DNA from: Candidatus Omnitrophota bacterium
Lineage (GTDB): Bacteria > Omnitrophota > Omnitrophia > Omnitrophales > Aquincolibacteriaceae
Direction of reading: 5' to 3'
Length of the DNA: 64,000 bases
Assembly (NCBI GenBank): GCA_043732705.1
Contig: JAYTHE010000006.1
Span: 12,284-76,283 of the forward strand
Part shown: positions 1-9,432 of the stretch, piece after piece
How positions within the stretch are numbered: the first letter of the stretch is position 1
How the letters are laid out: each line of letters starts with the position of its first letter
Translations under genes and position numbers: made by a program
Notes under the pieces: model-generated
Told to the model about the DNA's origin: nothing
Seen by the model: only the letters and a program-made list of their open reading frames with translations
The model's database searches: none

Positions 1-2
1 TT

Positions 3-1127
3 ACGATTGGTGCGAATAGCGCGATTGTAGTGGATCAATTTATTTATGACCCGGCGACCGACGCGGGAAAAGTCAGCGTGCGTGTTGTAGAGGGAACCTT
101 TCGTTTTATCACAGGGAAAATCGCACATAAAAATCCGGAAAATATGCAAGTCGATTTACCCAACGGCACAATTGGTATTCGTGGCACCATGGTCATGGGG
201 CGTGTTCACGGAACAAATTCACGGGTGATTTTGACGGGCCCTGGCGATAAAAATAATACGGGGAATAGGCATGGCGAAATTACTGTGGGTGGCAAAGGCG
301 GTGACTCATCAAAGTCAGTACGCATTGCAAAGACCGGTTTTGGCACCGAAATTGAAGGCGAAGGCGCGCCTAAAGGACCCTTTAAAGTTCCGCAATCACA
401 GCTGGATGAAATGACTAGTGAATTGAGTCCCCAAAGCGGTGAGGAAGCCGCCGGCGAGGAAAAATCAGAGCCATCGGGAACAGACCAATCAAGTTCTTCA
501 TCAGGAGAGAGCGCGACTGAACAGGCCGGGCAGGCGAATGTCGATGTTGGCGATAACTTAGAAACGGCAGGAACTTTTACTGAGCTAAGTACAGAGCTTG
601 GAGATCAAACAACCAAGTCAGTGCAAGATACAGTGGACGAAGAGGGGCAGACGCTCGATGGGATTGCGACGGTTCGAGATCTTGGAAAAATTACAACCGG
701 GCAGGCTCATTTTGAAGCGGTAAATTTTCCTCTTTTTAATACTTCGAGTGGTGGTTCATCCACTGGGCGCTTTGATATAAAGTATGACATTGATTTTGCC
801 GCAAGGACTGTCGGGGGTGGGAATTCCAATATTTATGCGCAAGATAGTTCAATTAATAGCCCAACTCCAAAAACGTTTGTTTTGCCAAAACAAAGTTTTG
901 ACAATGCCAGCTCGGCAGGTTTGGCAATCTTCAGTTATTCAAATTTACCGGATAATGGTACTGGCTCCTGTATCTCTTGTACTGCCAACGCGGTTATTAG
1001 CATTGGTAATAGTGGTGGCAATGTTGCAACGGGTGCAATTGCTTTTGTGACCATTACAAACACAGTGCCATCGACTACTACGGTTATAGGTGTTGCAGAG
1101 GCCCCCCGGCAACCCAATCTTTCCTAG
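3..1127 (+). CDS. FecR-domain protein, probably 5'-partial (reading frame open from nt 3 to the first in-window Met at 30); C-terminal half is Ser/Thr/Gly-rich low complexity
   Basis: Motif ...GKVSVRVVEGTFRFITGK...TIGIRGTMVMGRV resembles the FecR/anti-sigma periplasmic domain; no stop codon between window edge and nt 30. Confidence 0.5.
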   Translation, partial: TIGANSAIVVDQFIYDPATDAGKVSVRVVEGTFRFITGKIAHKNPENMQVDLPNGTIGIRGTMVMGRVHGTNSRVILTGPGDKNNTGNRHGEITVGGKGGDSSKSVRIAKTGFGTEIEGEGAPKGPFKVPQSQLDEMTSELSPQSGEEAAGEEKSEPSGTDQSSSSSGESATEQAGQANVDVGDNLETAGTFTELSTELGDQTTKSVQDTVDEEGQTLDGIATVRDLGKITTGQAHFEAVNFPLFNTSSGGSSTGRFDIKYDIDFAARTVGGGNSNIYAQDSSINSPTPKTFVLPKQSFDNASSAGLAIFSYSNLPDNGTGSCISCTANAVISIGNSGGNVATGAIAFVTITNTVPSTTTVIGVAEAPRQPNLS

Positions 1128-1154
1128 ATTGGCCACAAAAATATAGAAACATTT

Positions 1155-1874
1155 ATGTTCCTTTTTCTTAAATTAGTTCTCGCGCATTTGATCGCTGATT
1201 TTATCCTTCAATTTGAAGAGCTTTATCAGCTGAAGGTGCGCAGTCATCTCGGGCATTTTTTTCACGCCCTTATTCACTTAATTGTTTCATTGCTGCTCGC
1301 GATTCCCTTCATTTTGGTCTATCCCTGGGTTGCGGTTTATATTTTTGTGCTGGCTGTGATTCATCATTTTCAAGATATCGTTAAATATAACCTTCAATCA
1401 AAATACCCAAAGCAAATTTTTTGGTGTTTTACGATTGATCAAATGGGGCACTTTCTTTTTTTGACGACGGCATTCTTTTTACCAATTGCTAATGAAGTTT
1501 ACGGCTTTCCGAGCTGGCCGACGCTTAATCGAATTTATCTTGATCCATGGATGACGCTGTTTTTAATCGCTTTTATCACGAGCACTTTTAAAGCGACTTA
1601 TTTTTTGCATGCTTTACGGCTCAGCTTTATTTCCGGATCGCGCCCCTTGCATTTCATCACCAGCTTTGAGGTTGCGCATGCGCTGATCGAACGTTCGTGG
1701 ATTACGGCTTGGATTTTATTTGCGCCGCTCGCGGTCGCGCTGCCTGCCGCCCTGGGCATTGGCGTTTTACGCCTGGGTTCGCCCTTGCTGAGAAACCGCA
1801 CTGATTTTATTTTAAGTTTCGTGTATGCGGCTCTGGTCGGCTTTGCCTTTCGTCCCTTACTCGGACGCGTCTGA
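1155..1874 (+). CDS. DUF3307-family polytopic membrane protein
   Basis: N-terminus LVLAHLIADFILQ matches the HLxADFxLQ signature of DUF3307; several hydrophobic helices; stop overlaps next start (TGATG). Confidence 0.5.
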   Translation: MFLFLKLVLAHLIADFILQFEELYQLKVRSHLGHFFHALIHLIVSLLLAIPFILVYPWVAVYIFVLAVIHHFQDIVKYNLQSKYPKQIFWCFTIDQMGHFLFLTTAFFLPIANEVYGFPSWPTLNRIYLDPWMTLFLIAFITSTFKATYFLHALRLSFISGSRPLHFITSFEVAHALIERSWITAWILFAPLAVALPAALGIGVLRLGSPLLRNRTDFILSFVYAALVGFAFRPLLGRV

Positions 1875-3142
1875 TGAGTCATCCGTCAGACCTGACGATT
1901 CAGAATCTTAAAAAAGTTCTCGCCATTAATGCGCAGCTTAATTCCACGCTCGAGATCGGTGCTTTGCTTGAAATTATTATGAAAACCGCCGCGGAGGTGA
2001 TGGACGCGGAAGTGGCTTCGCTTCTGCGCATGGATACCGAAGCGGGTGAGCTTGTGTTTCAAGTCGCTTTAGGGGAAAAGGGCGGAGAGCTCAAAGATAA
2101 ATTCCGCGTCAAGATCGGCGAAGGGATTGCGGGCACAGTCGCAAAAACCGGCGAATCTTTGATTGTGAATGACGTGAGCCGGGATGAGCGGTTTGCCAAA
2201 CGTTTTGACGTCTCAACCGGATTCGTGACGAAGGCCATTCTTTGTGTGCCGTTGCGCGCGGGAAATAAAATCATCGGCGTTTTGCAGGCGATTAATCCTA
2301 TCAATAGCCTGCCCTTTTCAGTTGACGATCAATTCTTGTTTGAAACCTTTGCGGATCTTGCGGCAATCGCGCTTGAAAACGCTCGTATGCACGGTGAGAT
2401 TGTGAAGCAGGAGCGCGCAAAACGGGATCTTAAGATCGCGCATGAAATTCAACAAAATTTTTTGCCGGACCTTTCCCGCAACCGGTTTTGCGTGGAAATC
2501 GCCGCTAAAAATATTCCCGCGCTTGATGTGGGCGGTGATTTTTATGATGTCGTCCAGCTGGACAAGGATAGGGTTGGTGTCGTGATCGGGGATGTTTCCG
2601 GTAAGGGTGTGCCAGCCGCGCTTTATATGGTGCGCGCGATATCCGAGTTTCGTTTTCTTTCGCATCAGCTGGCAAGTCCCGCGCAACTCTTGTTTGAACT
2701 GAATCGTGTGCTTTCTGAAAACAGCCCTTTTGGAATGTTTGTGACGCTCGTTTACATGGTGATTGATACGCGGTCTCAAGTTATGAGTTATGCTTCGGCC
2801 GGACATCACGCGATTTTGAAACGCGCCGCTAAATCCGGAAAAGTAGAAGCGCTTGAGAATATTGGGGGGCCGCCAATAGGGCTCGCGGAGGAATCGACCT
2901 ATAATCAAAATGAAATCACGATCGGATCCGGCGATGGATTTTTTGCCTATACTGACGGTGTTGTTGAGGCCCGCAATAAAAGCAAAGAAGAATATGGCAT
3001 GCAAAGGTTAGAGAGCTGCCTGCGAGAAACGCGCCGGAACGTGGCTGATTACGCGGATTTAATTCTATCTGATTTAAAAATTTTTACAGGCAATGTGGAT
3101 CCACATGACGATATCACTGTAATTGGCATGATCATTCCGTAG
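1874..3142 (+). CDS. GAF-domain PP2C-type Ser/Thr phosphatase (RsbU/SpoIIE-like)
   Basis: N-terminal GAF-like region followed by PP2C/SpoIIE motifs (GGDFYD, VVIGDVSGKG, HDDITVIGM). Confidence 0.8.
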   Translation: MSHPSDLTIQNLKKVLAINAQLNSTLEIGALLEIIMKTAAEVMDAEVASLLRMDTEAGELVFQVALGEKGGELKDKFRVKIGEGIAGTVAKTGESLIVNDVSRDERFAKRFDVSTGFVTKAILCVPLRAGNKIIGVLQAINPINSLPFSVDDQFLFETFADLAAIALENARMHGEIVKQERAKRDLKIAHEIQQNFLPDLSRNRFCVEIAAKNIPALDVGGDFYDVVQLDKDRVGVVIGDVSGKGVPAALYMVRAISEFRFLSHQLASPAQLLFELNRVLSENSPFGMFVTLVYMVIDTRSQVMSYASAGHHAILKRAAKSGKVEALENIGGPPIGLAEESTYNQNEITIGSGDGFFAYTDGVVEARNKSKEEYGMQRLESCLRETRRNVADYADLILSDLKIFTGNVDPHDDITVIGMIIP

Positions 3143-3235
3143 CACGCAAGAAACCAGCCACGAGGCTGCGTTACACGCAACCTCGGGATTCATAGATTAT
3201 TTAGCCGCAGTCGAAATTAATAAAGGAAATTTAGA

Positions 3236-5455
3236 ATGAGCAAAAAGAAAGCTTCTAAATTTTTAATCCCGCTTGTTTTGCTGGGCGCGGTGGTTGGTCT
3301 GCGGATTCTTTTTTCTGAAAAAGCAGATGATTTTTCCATGCGGGTTTTTGATCAATATCAAAAAATAAGGCCGCGCATTTATAAAGATACCCCCGTGCGT
3401 TTTATTGACATTGACGATGAGAGCCTTGCCAAGATAGGTCAATGGCCGTGGCCGCGTACGGTGTTGGCACAACTTATCTCCCATTTATCTGAAAAAGGCG
3501 CCTCTGTTATCGTGATGGATATTCTTTTTTCAGAAGCGGACCGTACTTCGCCTGCCCGGGCGCTTCCGTTATGGAACTCCGATTTACCGGAACTTCAAAC
3601 TTTAAAAACCAAAGTAAATTTGTTGCCAGATCATGATCAGGTTTTTGCCAAGGCTATTTCTGAAGCGCGTGTTGTTACGGGCTTTAATTTGACGACTGAT
3701 AAAACCGTGGGCTCTCCGTTGGTTAAAGCCGGTTTTGCGCATAGCGGTGAAGATCCGCTTGGATATTTACCCGCTTTTCATGGTGCTATTTCGAATCTTT
3801 CGATTTTTGAAAAAGAAGCGTTGGGTAATGGGAGCTTCAATTTTATCGCGGATTCCGATGCCGTTTTAAGGCGAGTGCCGCTTGTTTTCCGGTATGAGAA
3901 TCAGCTTGTGCCGTCGCTTGTGGCGGAAGCTGTGCGCGTGGCTCAGGGCGCTTCAAGTTTCGTGATTAAGTCTTCAACGGGCAGCGGTAAAACAAGTTTT
4001 GGAGAAAATACGGGGATAACTAATTTTAAAATTGGACAATTTGTTATCCCAACGGATGGTGAGGGCCGAATCTGGCTTTACGATACCGGAAGAATAAAAA
4101 AACGTTATCTCTCCGCCTCCAAGGTTCTCAGCAGCGATTTTGATCCCAAGCTCGTGGAAGGAAATGTTATTTTTGTAGGATCGAGCGCCGCGGGGCTTAA
4201 AGATTTGCGCGCCACGCCGCTGAGCTCGGTGTCGGCCGGGACGGAAGTTCACGCGCAACTGGTAGAGCAAATTTTAAATCAGGAGTTTTTAAGCCGTCCT
4301 GATTGGGCGCCGGGCGCCGAAATCTGTTTCGTGCTTGTGTTGGGTATCCTCCTGGTTTTTTTGTTGCCATGGCTGGGGGTTGTGGCGTCCGCGGTTTTTA
4401 GCGTGCTTTTGACTATGTTTGCCTTTGGATTTTCATGGTATGAATTCAGCACAAAGCATCAGCTTTTTGATCCGGTGACGCCATCACTCGTGGTGTTGAT
4501 TCTTTACTTGGCGATATCGTTGATGCATTACCTTCGGACGGAAGCCGAAAAAAATCAAATTCGCGGGGCTTTCGGGCAATATGTTTCACCCGCGCTTTTA
4601 GAGAAAATATCAAAAAATCCCGAGCAGTTGAAGTTGGGCGGGGAAACGCGCACGATGACTATTTTATTTTCCGATATCCGCAATTTTACAGCACTTTCCG
4701 AAAAATTGAGCGCTGAGGATTTAACGCTATTCATGAATCGCTATTTGACCCCCATGACAAATATTATTCTTAAAACGAATGGGACCATTGATAAATATAT
4801 CGGCGATTGCATTATGGCTTTTTGGAATGCGCCGGTATCGGATGCTGAGCATGTGCGGCATGCTTGCCAAGCTGCGCTTGAAATGCAAAGCCATCTCAAA
4901 GATTGGAATGTGTCGATGCGGGAAGAATTTAAAAAGAATGGAAAATTTTTTGAGCCCATCAAGGTTGGAATTGGTTTAAACACGGGGGAGTGTTGCGTGG
5001 GAAATGTGGGGTCGGAGCAACGCTTTGATTATTCTGTGTTGGGCGATGATGTGAATCTTGCTTCGCGCTTAGAGAGCCAATCTAAATTTTATGGAGTGGA
5101 TATTATCTTAGGCCCGTCAATGCAAACGCAAGCTCAAGACTATGCAATGCTTGAAATGGACTTAATTCGTGTTAAAGGCAAAACAAAGCCCGTTCAGATT
5201 TATGCTTTGCTGGGTAACGAAAGTGTAAAAAAAAGCAGTGTCTTTCAAGGTTTGGAAGCATTGCATCAAAAAATGATTTCATCGTATCGAACCCAACAGT
5301 GGGGGGAAGCCGAGAAAATAATGGATAGTCTTCTTGAGCAAAAAGGGTTTTTGCAGCTAGAAGATTTGTATAGGCTATATCAAAAAAGCATTCAAATCTA
5401 CAAACTTCGTCCTTTTGACCCCAACTGGGATGGTGTGAATAGTCTGAATCACTAG
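3236..5455 (+). CDS. CHASE2 sensor domain-containing class III adenylate/guanylate cyclase
   Basis: N-terminal TM, CHASE2-like extracytoplasmic region, TM block, then cyclase homology domain (ILFSDIRNFTALSE, GDCIMAFWNAP, GLNTGECCVGNVGS); RBS AAAGGAAA upstream. Confidence 0.85.
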   Translation: MSKKKASKFLIPLVLLGAVVGLRILFSEKADDFSMRVFDQYQKIRPRIYKDTPVRFIDIDDESLAKIGQWPWPRTVLAQLISHLSEKGASVIVMDILFSEADRTSPARALPLWNSDLPELQTLKTKVNLLPDHDQVFAKAISEARVVTGFNLTTDKTVGSPLVKAGFAHSGEDPLGYLPAFHGAISNLSIFEKEALGNGSFNFIADSDAVLRRVPLVFRYENQLVPSLVAEAVRVAQGASSFVIKSSTGSGKTSFGENTGITNFKIGQFVIPTDGEGRIWLYDTGRIKKRYLSASKVLSSDFDPKLVEGNVIFVGSSAAGLKDLRATPLSSVSAGTEVHAQLVEQILNQEFLSRPDWAPGAEICFVLVLGILLVFLLPWLGVVASAVFSVLLTMFAFGFSWYEFSTKHQLFDPVTPSLVVLILYLAISLMHYLRTEAEKNQIRGAFGQYVSPALLEKISKNPEQLKLGGETRTMTILFSDIRNFTALSEKLSAEDLTLFMNRYLTPMTNIILKTNGTIDKYIGDCIMAFWNAPVSDAEHVRHACQAALEMQSHLKDWNVSMREEFKKNGKFFEPIKVGIGLNTGECCVGNVGSEQRFDYSVLGDDVNLASRLESQSKFYGVDIILGPSMQTQAQDYAMLEMDLIRVKGKTKPVQIYALLGNESVKKSSVFQGLEALHQKMISSYRTQQWGEAEKIMDSLLEQKGFLQLEDLYRLYQKSIQIYKLRPFDPNWDGVNSLNH

Positions 5456-5645
5456 TCAATACCTCTTCAAAGTCTTTCGAGACCAGCTTGATGAAATCAG
5501 ATATAATCCCGCTTCCGAGGACGGAAAAGTTAAAACTTAAAGTTTAAAGCTAAAAACCATAACTCAAAGCCCCTAAGCTGCCTGAAGAGTTTTGAGTTAT
5601 CAGTTATAGTTTTGATTTTTTAGTTATAAGTTTTGAGTTTTCTTG

Positions 5646-5718
5646 TGCCCGTAGCTCAACTGGATAGAGTACTGCCCTCCGAAGGCAGGGGTTGGTGGTT
5701 CAAATCCACCCGGGCACA
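5646..5718 (+). tRNA. tRNA-Arg (anticodon CCG)
   Basis: Hand-folded cloverleaf: acceptor GTGCCCG/CGGGCAC, D-arm GCTC..GAGT, anticodon stem CTGCC/GGCAG with loop CUCCGAA, T-arm GGTGG-TTCAAAT-CCACC, discriminator A; no encoded CCA. Confidence 0.85.
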
Positions 5719-5753
5719 TGCATCGCGAAGCGATGGCGTTTTGAATTATGATT

Positions 5754-5850
5754 CAAAACGAGCTCAACTATTCCGCCTTAGGCGGATAAATATTACGGGA
5801 GCGCTGCCCTCCGAAGGCAGAGGTTGCGCGTTCAATTCGCGCCGGGCACA
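5754..5850 (+). pseudogene. degenerate tRNA-Arg(CCG)-like copy: intact anticodon arm, T-arm and 3' acceptor strand, but no complementary 5' acceptor strand and a ~28-nt hairpin insertion (CCGCCTTAGGCGG) in the D-loop
   Basis: Aligned by eye against the upstream tRNA-Arg; shares CTGCCCTCCGAAGGCAG and CGGGCACA; T-arm differs (GCGCG-TTCAATT-CGCGC). Confidence 0.45.
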
Positions 5851-6033
5851 GTTATGTTTTTGGCTCTGTGCAAAGCACAACCGCCAGGAAAGAGTGTTCA
5901 ACAGTTTGTTTTTGAGTGTGAATTGAAGTCAGCTCGACGCGGCAACTATGTATTTTGGATTAAGTGGCTTGCGGTTGAGCGACCCGCTGCGCCAGAGCGT
6001 CAGCGCGGCGAGAGCCCAAGGAAAAAAGAATTC

Positions 6034-6711
6034 GTGAAGAAATTGTCTTTGCTGAAAAATTTAAAAAATCTTTTGATCATAGTCGTGGTGATCGCCGGAA
6101 TTGCCTGGGTAAAAGTTCTTTTCCACCGTGATCAGGTTTTGCGGCAGGTAATTGACCGGCTTTCCGCGGATACACGCGTTGCCGAAGTGGTGGTTACGAA
6201 AAGCGAGTTGGATGAAGTGAGCGGAAAAATTTTAACCACGATTAAATTTCTCGAGTACAACGCCAAAGGCGAACCGCTGGTTCCAAAGTATTTTACTTTT
6301 CGCGGCAATATTATTCAGTTTCAATCGCTTGTGATTCGCTTCAATGATAATTTGATCAAGAAAGGCGACAAGCTCAAAGGTAAAAGCGCCTATCTTTTTA
6401 TGAAAGCTTTTGTCCTGGATCCAAAAGATTTACAGGTTTTTGATATTACTCCGGCGCACACGGTTCCTGAAGGGTATCAAACCGATATTGAAGTGGCTGG
6501 CTTCGAACGTCAGCTTTGGGAAAAATTTTGGAATTACGCGCTCAATCCTCAGACCCGCGATCAGGTAGGAGTGAAGAACGCTCAAATTGAAGCGCCCGGC
6601 TCTTTGTTTCTTCCCGGAACTATTTACACTTTAAAAATCGAACATGACGGCGGTATCCGGATTGATACGCAGCCGATTCCACAAATTTTGAAAGGCGAAA
6701 AAATCGCATGA
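6034..6711 (+). CDS. hypothetical membrane-anchored protein (N-terminal TM LLIIVVVIAGIAW); the GTG at 6034 is preferred over the track's ATG at 5824, which lies inside the tRNA region
   Basis: ORF in track 5824..6711; in-frame GTG at 6034 preceded by AAGGAAAAAAG; stop overlaps queA start (ATGA). Confidence 0.45.
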   Translation: MKKLSLLKNLKNLLIIVVVIAGIAWVKVLFHRDQVLRQVIDRLSADTRVAEVVVTKSELDEVSGKILTTIKFLEYNAKGEPLVPKYFTFRGNIIQFQSLVIRFNDNLIKKGDKLKGKSAYLFMKAFVLDPKDLQVFDITPAHTVPEGYQTDIEVAGFERQLWEKFWNYALNPQTRDQVGVKNAQIEAPGSLFLPGTIYTLKIEHDGGIRIDTQPIPQILKGEKIA

Positions 6712-7787
6712 AAAAGTTTTCTTCGCCGCGTGACACATTAATGCTCGAGCAGTTTGATTATCCGCTGCCCAAAGAGAAAATCGCGCTTTACCCGCTGGCT
6801 GACCGCGCGGCTGCAAAAATGCTGGTGGCTGACCGTAAAGCAGATTCCTTTGAGCACAAAACTTTTCGTGATTTGCCAAGTTATCTCAAATCAGGCGATG
6901 TACTTGTGGTTAATAATACGCGCGTGATCCCTGCCCGCATATTTGGCCATCGTATGACCGGATCCAAGGTTGAAATTTTACTTTTAAAGAAAGTGCAATT
7001 CGGTCCCGATTTTTCGGCTTGGGAAGTTTTGTTGAAGCCTTCCGGAAAAATCAGAAAAGGCGAAGTTTTTGAAGCGGGCCAAAATGATTTTTGGATTCAG
7101 GTCAAGGTGTTGAATGATGCTCCGGAAAATGACGGCCGCCGCTTATTGCGCTTTGAAACTGATGACTTTGAAGGCTTCCTCAAAAAAGCCGGACATATGC
7201 CTTTGCCGCCTTATATTCACCGCGATGACGAAGTTTCCGATCGCGAACAGTATCAAACTGTGTATGCTGAAAAAGAAGGTTCGGTTGCGGCGCCGACTGC
7301 CGGTTTGCATTTTGATGCTGCGCTTTTGGAAGAAATTAAAAAGAAGGGCGTACAAGTTATCGAAGTGACTTTGGATGTTGGCTACGGAACTTTTCAGCTG
7401 ATGATGGCTAAGCATGTTGCGGATCATCATATGTCCATGGAATCTTATGAAATTTCCGAGGCTGCAGCGCAAACCATTAATCAGGCCAAGACTGACGGCC
7501 GCCGTGTGATTGCCTGCGGGACAACCAGCGTGCGCGCCCTGGAATCTTCCGCGTGGGAAGACGGAAAAGTACATGCCGGTCGTGTACAAACGGATCTTTT
7601 TATTTACCCGCCTTATCCATTTAAAATTGTGGATGCGCTGATTACCAACTTTCATTTTCCAAAAACATCGCTTTTAGTTTTGGTCAGTGCTTTTTTAGGT
7701 TACGAGAAAATGATGGCCGCTTACAAAACCGCGCTCGAGTCCAACTATCGTTTTGCGAGTTATGGTGACGGAATGTTTATTATTTAG
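6708..7787 (+). CDS. queA: S-adenosylmethionine:tRNA ribosyltransferase-isomerase
   Basis: Full-length similarity to QueA (LEQFDYPLPKEKIALYPL..., GLHFD...); conserved position upstream of tgt. Confidence 0.9.
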   Translation: MKKFSSPRDTLMLEQFDYPLPKEKIALYPLADRAAAKMLVADRKADSFEHKTFRDLPSYLKSGDVLVVNNTRVIPARIFGHRMTGSKVEILLLKKVQFGPDFSAWEVLLKPSGKIRKGEVFEAGQNDFWIQVKVLNDAPENDGRRLLRFETDDFEGFLKKAGHMPLPPYIHRDDEVSDREQYQTVYAEKEGSVAAPTAGLHFDAALLEEIKKKGVQVIEVTLDVGYGTFQLMMAKHVADHHMSMESYEISEAAAQTINQAKTDGRRVIACGTTSVRALESSAWEDGKVHAGRVQTDLFIYPPYPFKIVDALITNFHFPKTSLLVLVSAFLGYEKMMAAYKTALESNYRFASYGDGMFII

Positions 7788-7863
7788 GCTTGAGGCTTGA
7801 GGCTTGAGGCCGGCGGCCGGAGGGAACTTAGTTCTGAGTACCCTCGGGCCTCCGACCTCCGGG
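7788..7863 (+). repeat. tandem GGCTTGAG x3 followed by nested GC-rich hairpins (CCGGAGG…GAGGG…CCCTC…CCTCCGG) after the queA stop
   Basis: Read from sequence; likely terminator or attenuator-like structure. Confidence 0.4.
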
Positions 7864-7877
7864 CTACTTTTATTACT

Positions 7878-8993
7878 ATGAAGAACCTTAAATTTCAAAT
7901 TTTAGCTGAGGATGGTCACGCTCGCGCGGGTCAGTTCACAACTGCTCATGGAGTCGTGGAAACACCCGTATTTATGCCTGTCGGAACGCAGGGAACGGTC
8001 AAAGGGATTTTGCCGCGCGATTTGACCGAGATGGGCACTTCGATTCTGCTCGGAAATACTTACCATTTATATGTCCGTCCTGGAATGGAAATTCTCAAGA
8101 AATTCGGCGGGCTGCATAAGTTCATGGGTTGGAATGGGCCGATTCTGACCGATAGCGGCGGCTACCAGGTTTTTTCGCTCAACAAAATACGGAAATTAAC
8201 GGAAGACGGCGTGCGCTTTAATTCACATGTGGATGGCGCAGAAATATTTTTGACTCCCGAAAAAGTGATGGAAATTCAAAGTGATATTGGCAGCGATATC
8301 GCGATGGTTTTTGATGAATGTCCGGCTTCAACGAGCGACCGTAATTTGATTCAGGAAGCGGTGGAGCGCACCTTGCGCTGGTCTAAGCGCGCGAAAGATT
8401 GTCACAAACTCGGAACACAGTCCCTTTTCGGAATTGTGCAGGGCGGGGTTTTGGAAGATTTGCGCAAATACTCGCTCGAGAAAACCGTCGAAATCGGTTT
8501 TGACGGCTATGCTTTGGGCGGTTTATGCGTCGGCGAAAACCAGGAGGATACCTTTCGAATCTATCGCGAAATCATCCGCCTCATGCCGCGCGAGTATCCG
8601 CGTTATATGATGGGTATCGGAACTCCGATGGATTTTATTCAAGCGATTGAAAATGGCGCCGATATGTTTGATTGCGTTACGCCTACGCGCCATGGGCGGA
8701 ATGGTTCGGCTTTTACGCCCGAGGGCATGGTGGTGGTCAGAAACGGGCGTTACGCGGCTGATGAGCTGCCGATTCAGCCAGGCTGCGGTTGTTACGCCTG
8801 TAAGACTTTTTCGCGGGGATATATCCGGCATCTATTGAATACGGAAGAAATGCTGGGGCCGATTTTGGTCTCGATGCATAACACGCATTTTTTTATACGC
8901 TTTGTAACGGATATCCGCGCAAGTATTGTTGCGGGAAAATTTGCGGAGTTTAAGAAGAATTTTTTAGGAAGTTTTGATTCAGAACAGAGATAA
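7878..8993 (+). CDS. tgt: queuine tRNA-ribosyltransferase
   Basis: TPVFMPVGTQGTVKG, zinc motif CGCYACKTFSRGYIRHL; start moved to the MKNLKF ATG downstream of the repeat/hairpin region. Confidence 0.9.
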   Translation: MKNLKFQILAEDGHARAGQFTTAHGVVETPVFMPVGTQGTVKGILPRDLTEMGTSILLGNTYHLYVRPGMEILKKFGGLHKFMGWNGPILTDSGGYQVFSLNKIRKLTEDGVRFNSHVDGAEIFLTPEKVMEIQSDIGSDIAMVFDECPASTSDRNLIQEAVERTLRWSKRAKDCHKLGTQSLFGIVQGGVLEDLRKYSLEKTVEIGFDGYALGGLCVGENQEDTFRIYREIIRLMPREYPRYMMGIGTPMDFIQAIENGADMFDCVTPTRHGRNGSAFTPEGMVVVRNGRYAADELPIQPGCGCYACKTFSRGYIRHLLNTEEMLGPILVSMHNTHFFIRFVTDIRASIVAGKFAEFKKNFLGSFDSEQR

Positions 8994-9003
8994 AGAAGGA
9001 CAT

Positions 9004-9096
9004 GAGACCGGAGACACGAGACTAGAGACCTTGGACTTGAAGTCGTTGTGTCGATAGTTTATAGTCTCCAGTCTTAGGTCCCTTGTCTCAGGTCTA
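9004..9096. repeat. inverted pair of 7-nt-periodic arrays: GAGACnn x4 (9004-9030) and GTCTCnn-like x4-5 (9063-9096) between tgt and yajC
   Basis: gagaccg gagacac gagacta gagacc … agtctcc agtctta ggtccct tgtctca ggtct. Confidence 0.5.
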
Positions 9097-9113
9097 ATAT
9101 ATAAGGAGTTTTC

Positions 9114-9422
9114 ATGTTGAGTTCAATTTTTGTGCCGATGCAGGCGACGACCCAGGCGAACCCTTTGGTTCAACTTGCACCGATGGTTTTGATTTTCGGA
9201 ATTTTTTATTTTCTAATTCTCCGTCCGCAGCAAAAACGCCAGAAGGACCTTGCCAAGTTGGTTGAAGGCGTGAAAAAAGGCGATAAGGTTGTGACAGCCG
9301 GCGGAATCTTAGGCATCGTGACAAGTATTCAGCAGGATTATGTTGTCATTAAAACCGGAGATTCCGATACGACTAAAATGGAAGTTTTAAAAAGCGCGAT
9401 TACCGGCATTCGAAATGAATAA
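9114..9422 (+). CDS. yajC: preprotein translocase subunit YajC
   Basis: ~100 aa with single TM and a YajC-like core (RPQQKRQKDLAKLVEGVKKGDKVVTAGGILG); RBS AAGGAG. Confidence 0.85.
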   Translation: MLSSIFVPMQATTQANPLVQLAPMVLIFGIFYFLILRPQQKRQKDLAKLVEGVKKGDKVVTAGGILGIVTSIQQDYVVIKTGDSDTTKMEVLKSAITGIRNE

Positions 9423-9432
9423 TTAAGGAACT

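Noticed and set aside
5633-5926. 97-aa plus-strand ORF (and the 5824 ATG start of the next ORF) overlapping the tRNA-Arg region
   Set aside because: It lies entirely across a well-formed tRNA and its degenerate copy, and the translation is Arg/Ser-rich read-through of structured RNA. The downstream gene more likely starts at GTG 6034 with a good RBS.
5646-6711. Integrated mobile element at the tRNA-Arg locus
   Set aside because: There is a partial tRNA duplication but no integrase, excisionase or phage-like genes. The only adjacent ORF is a small membrane protein coupled to queA.
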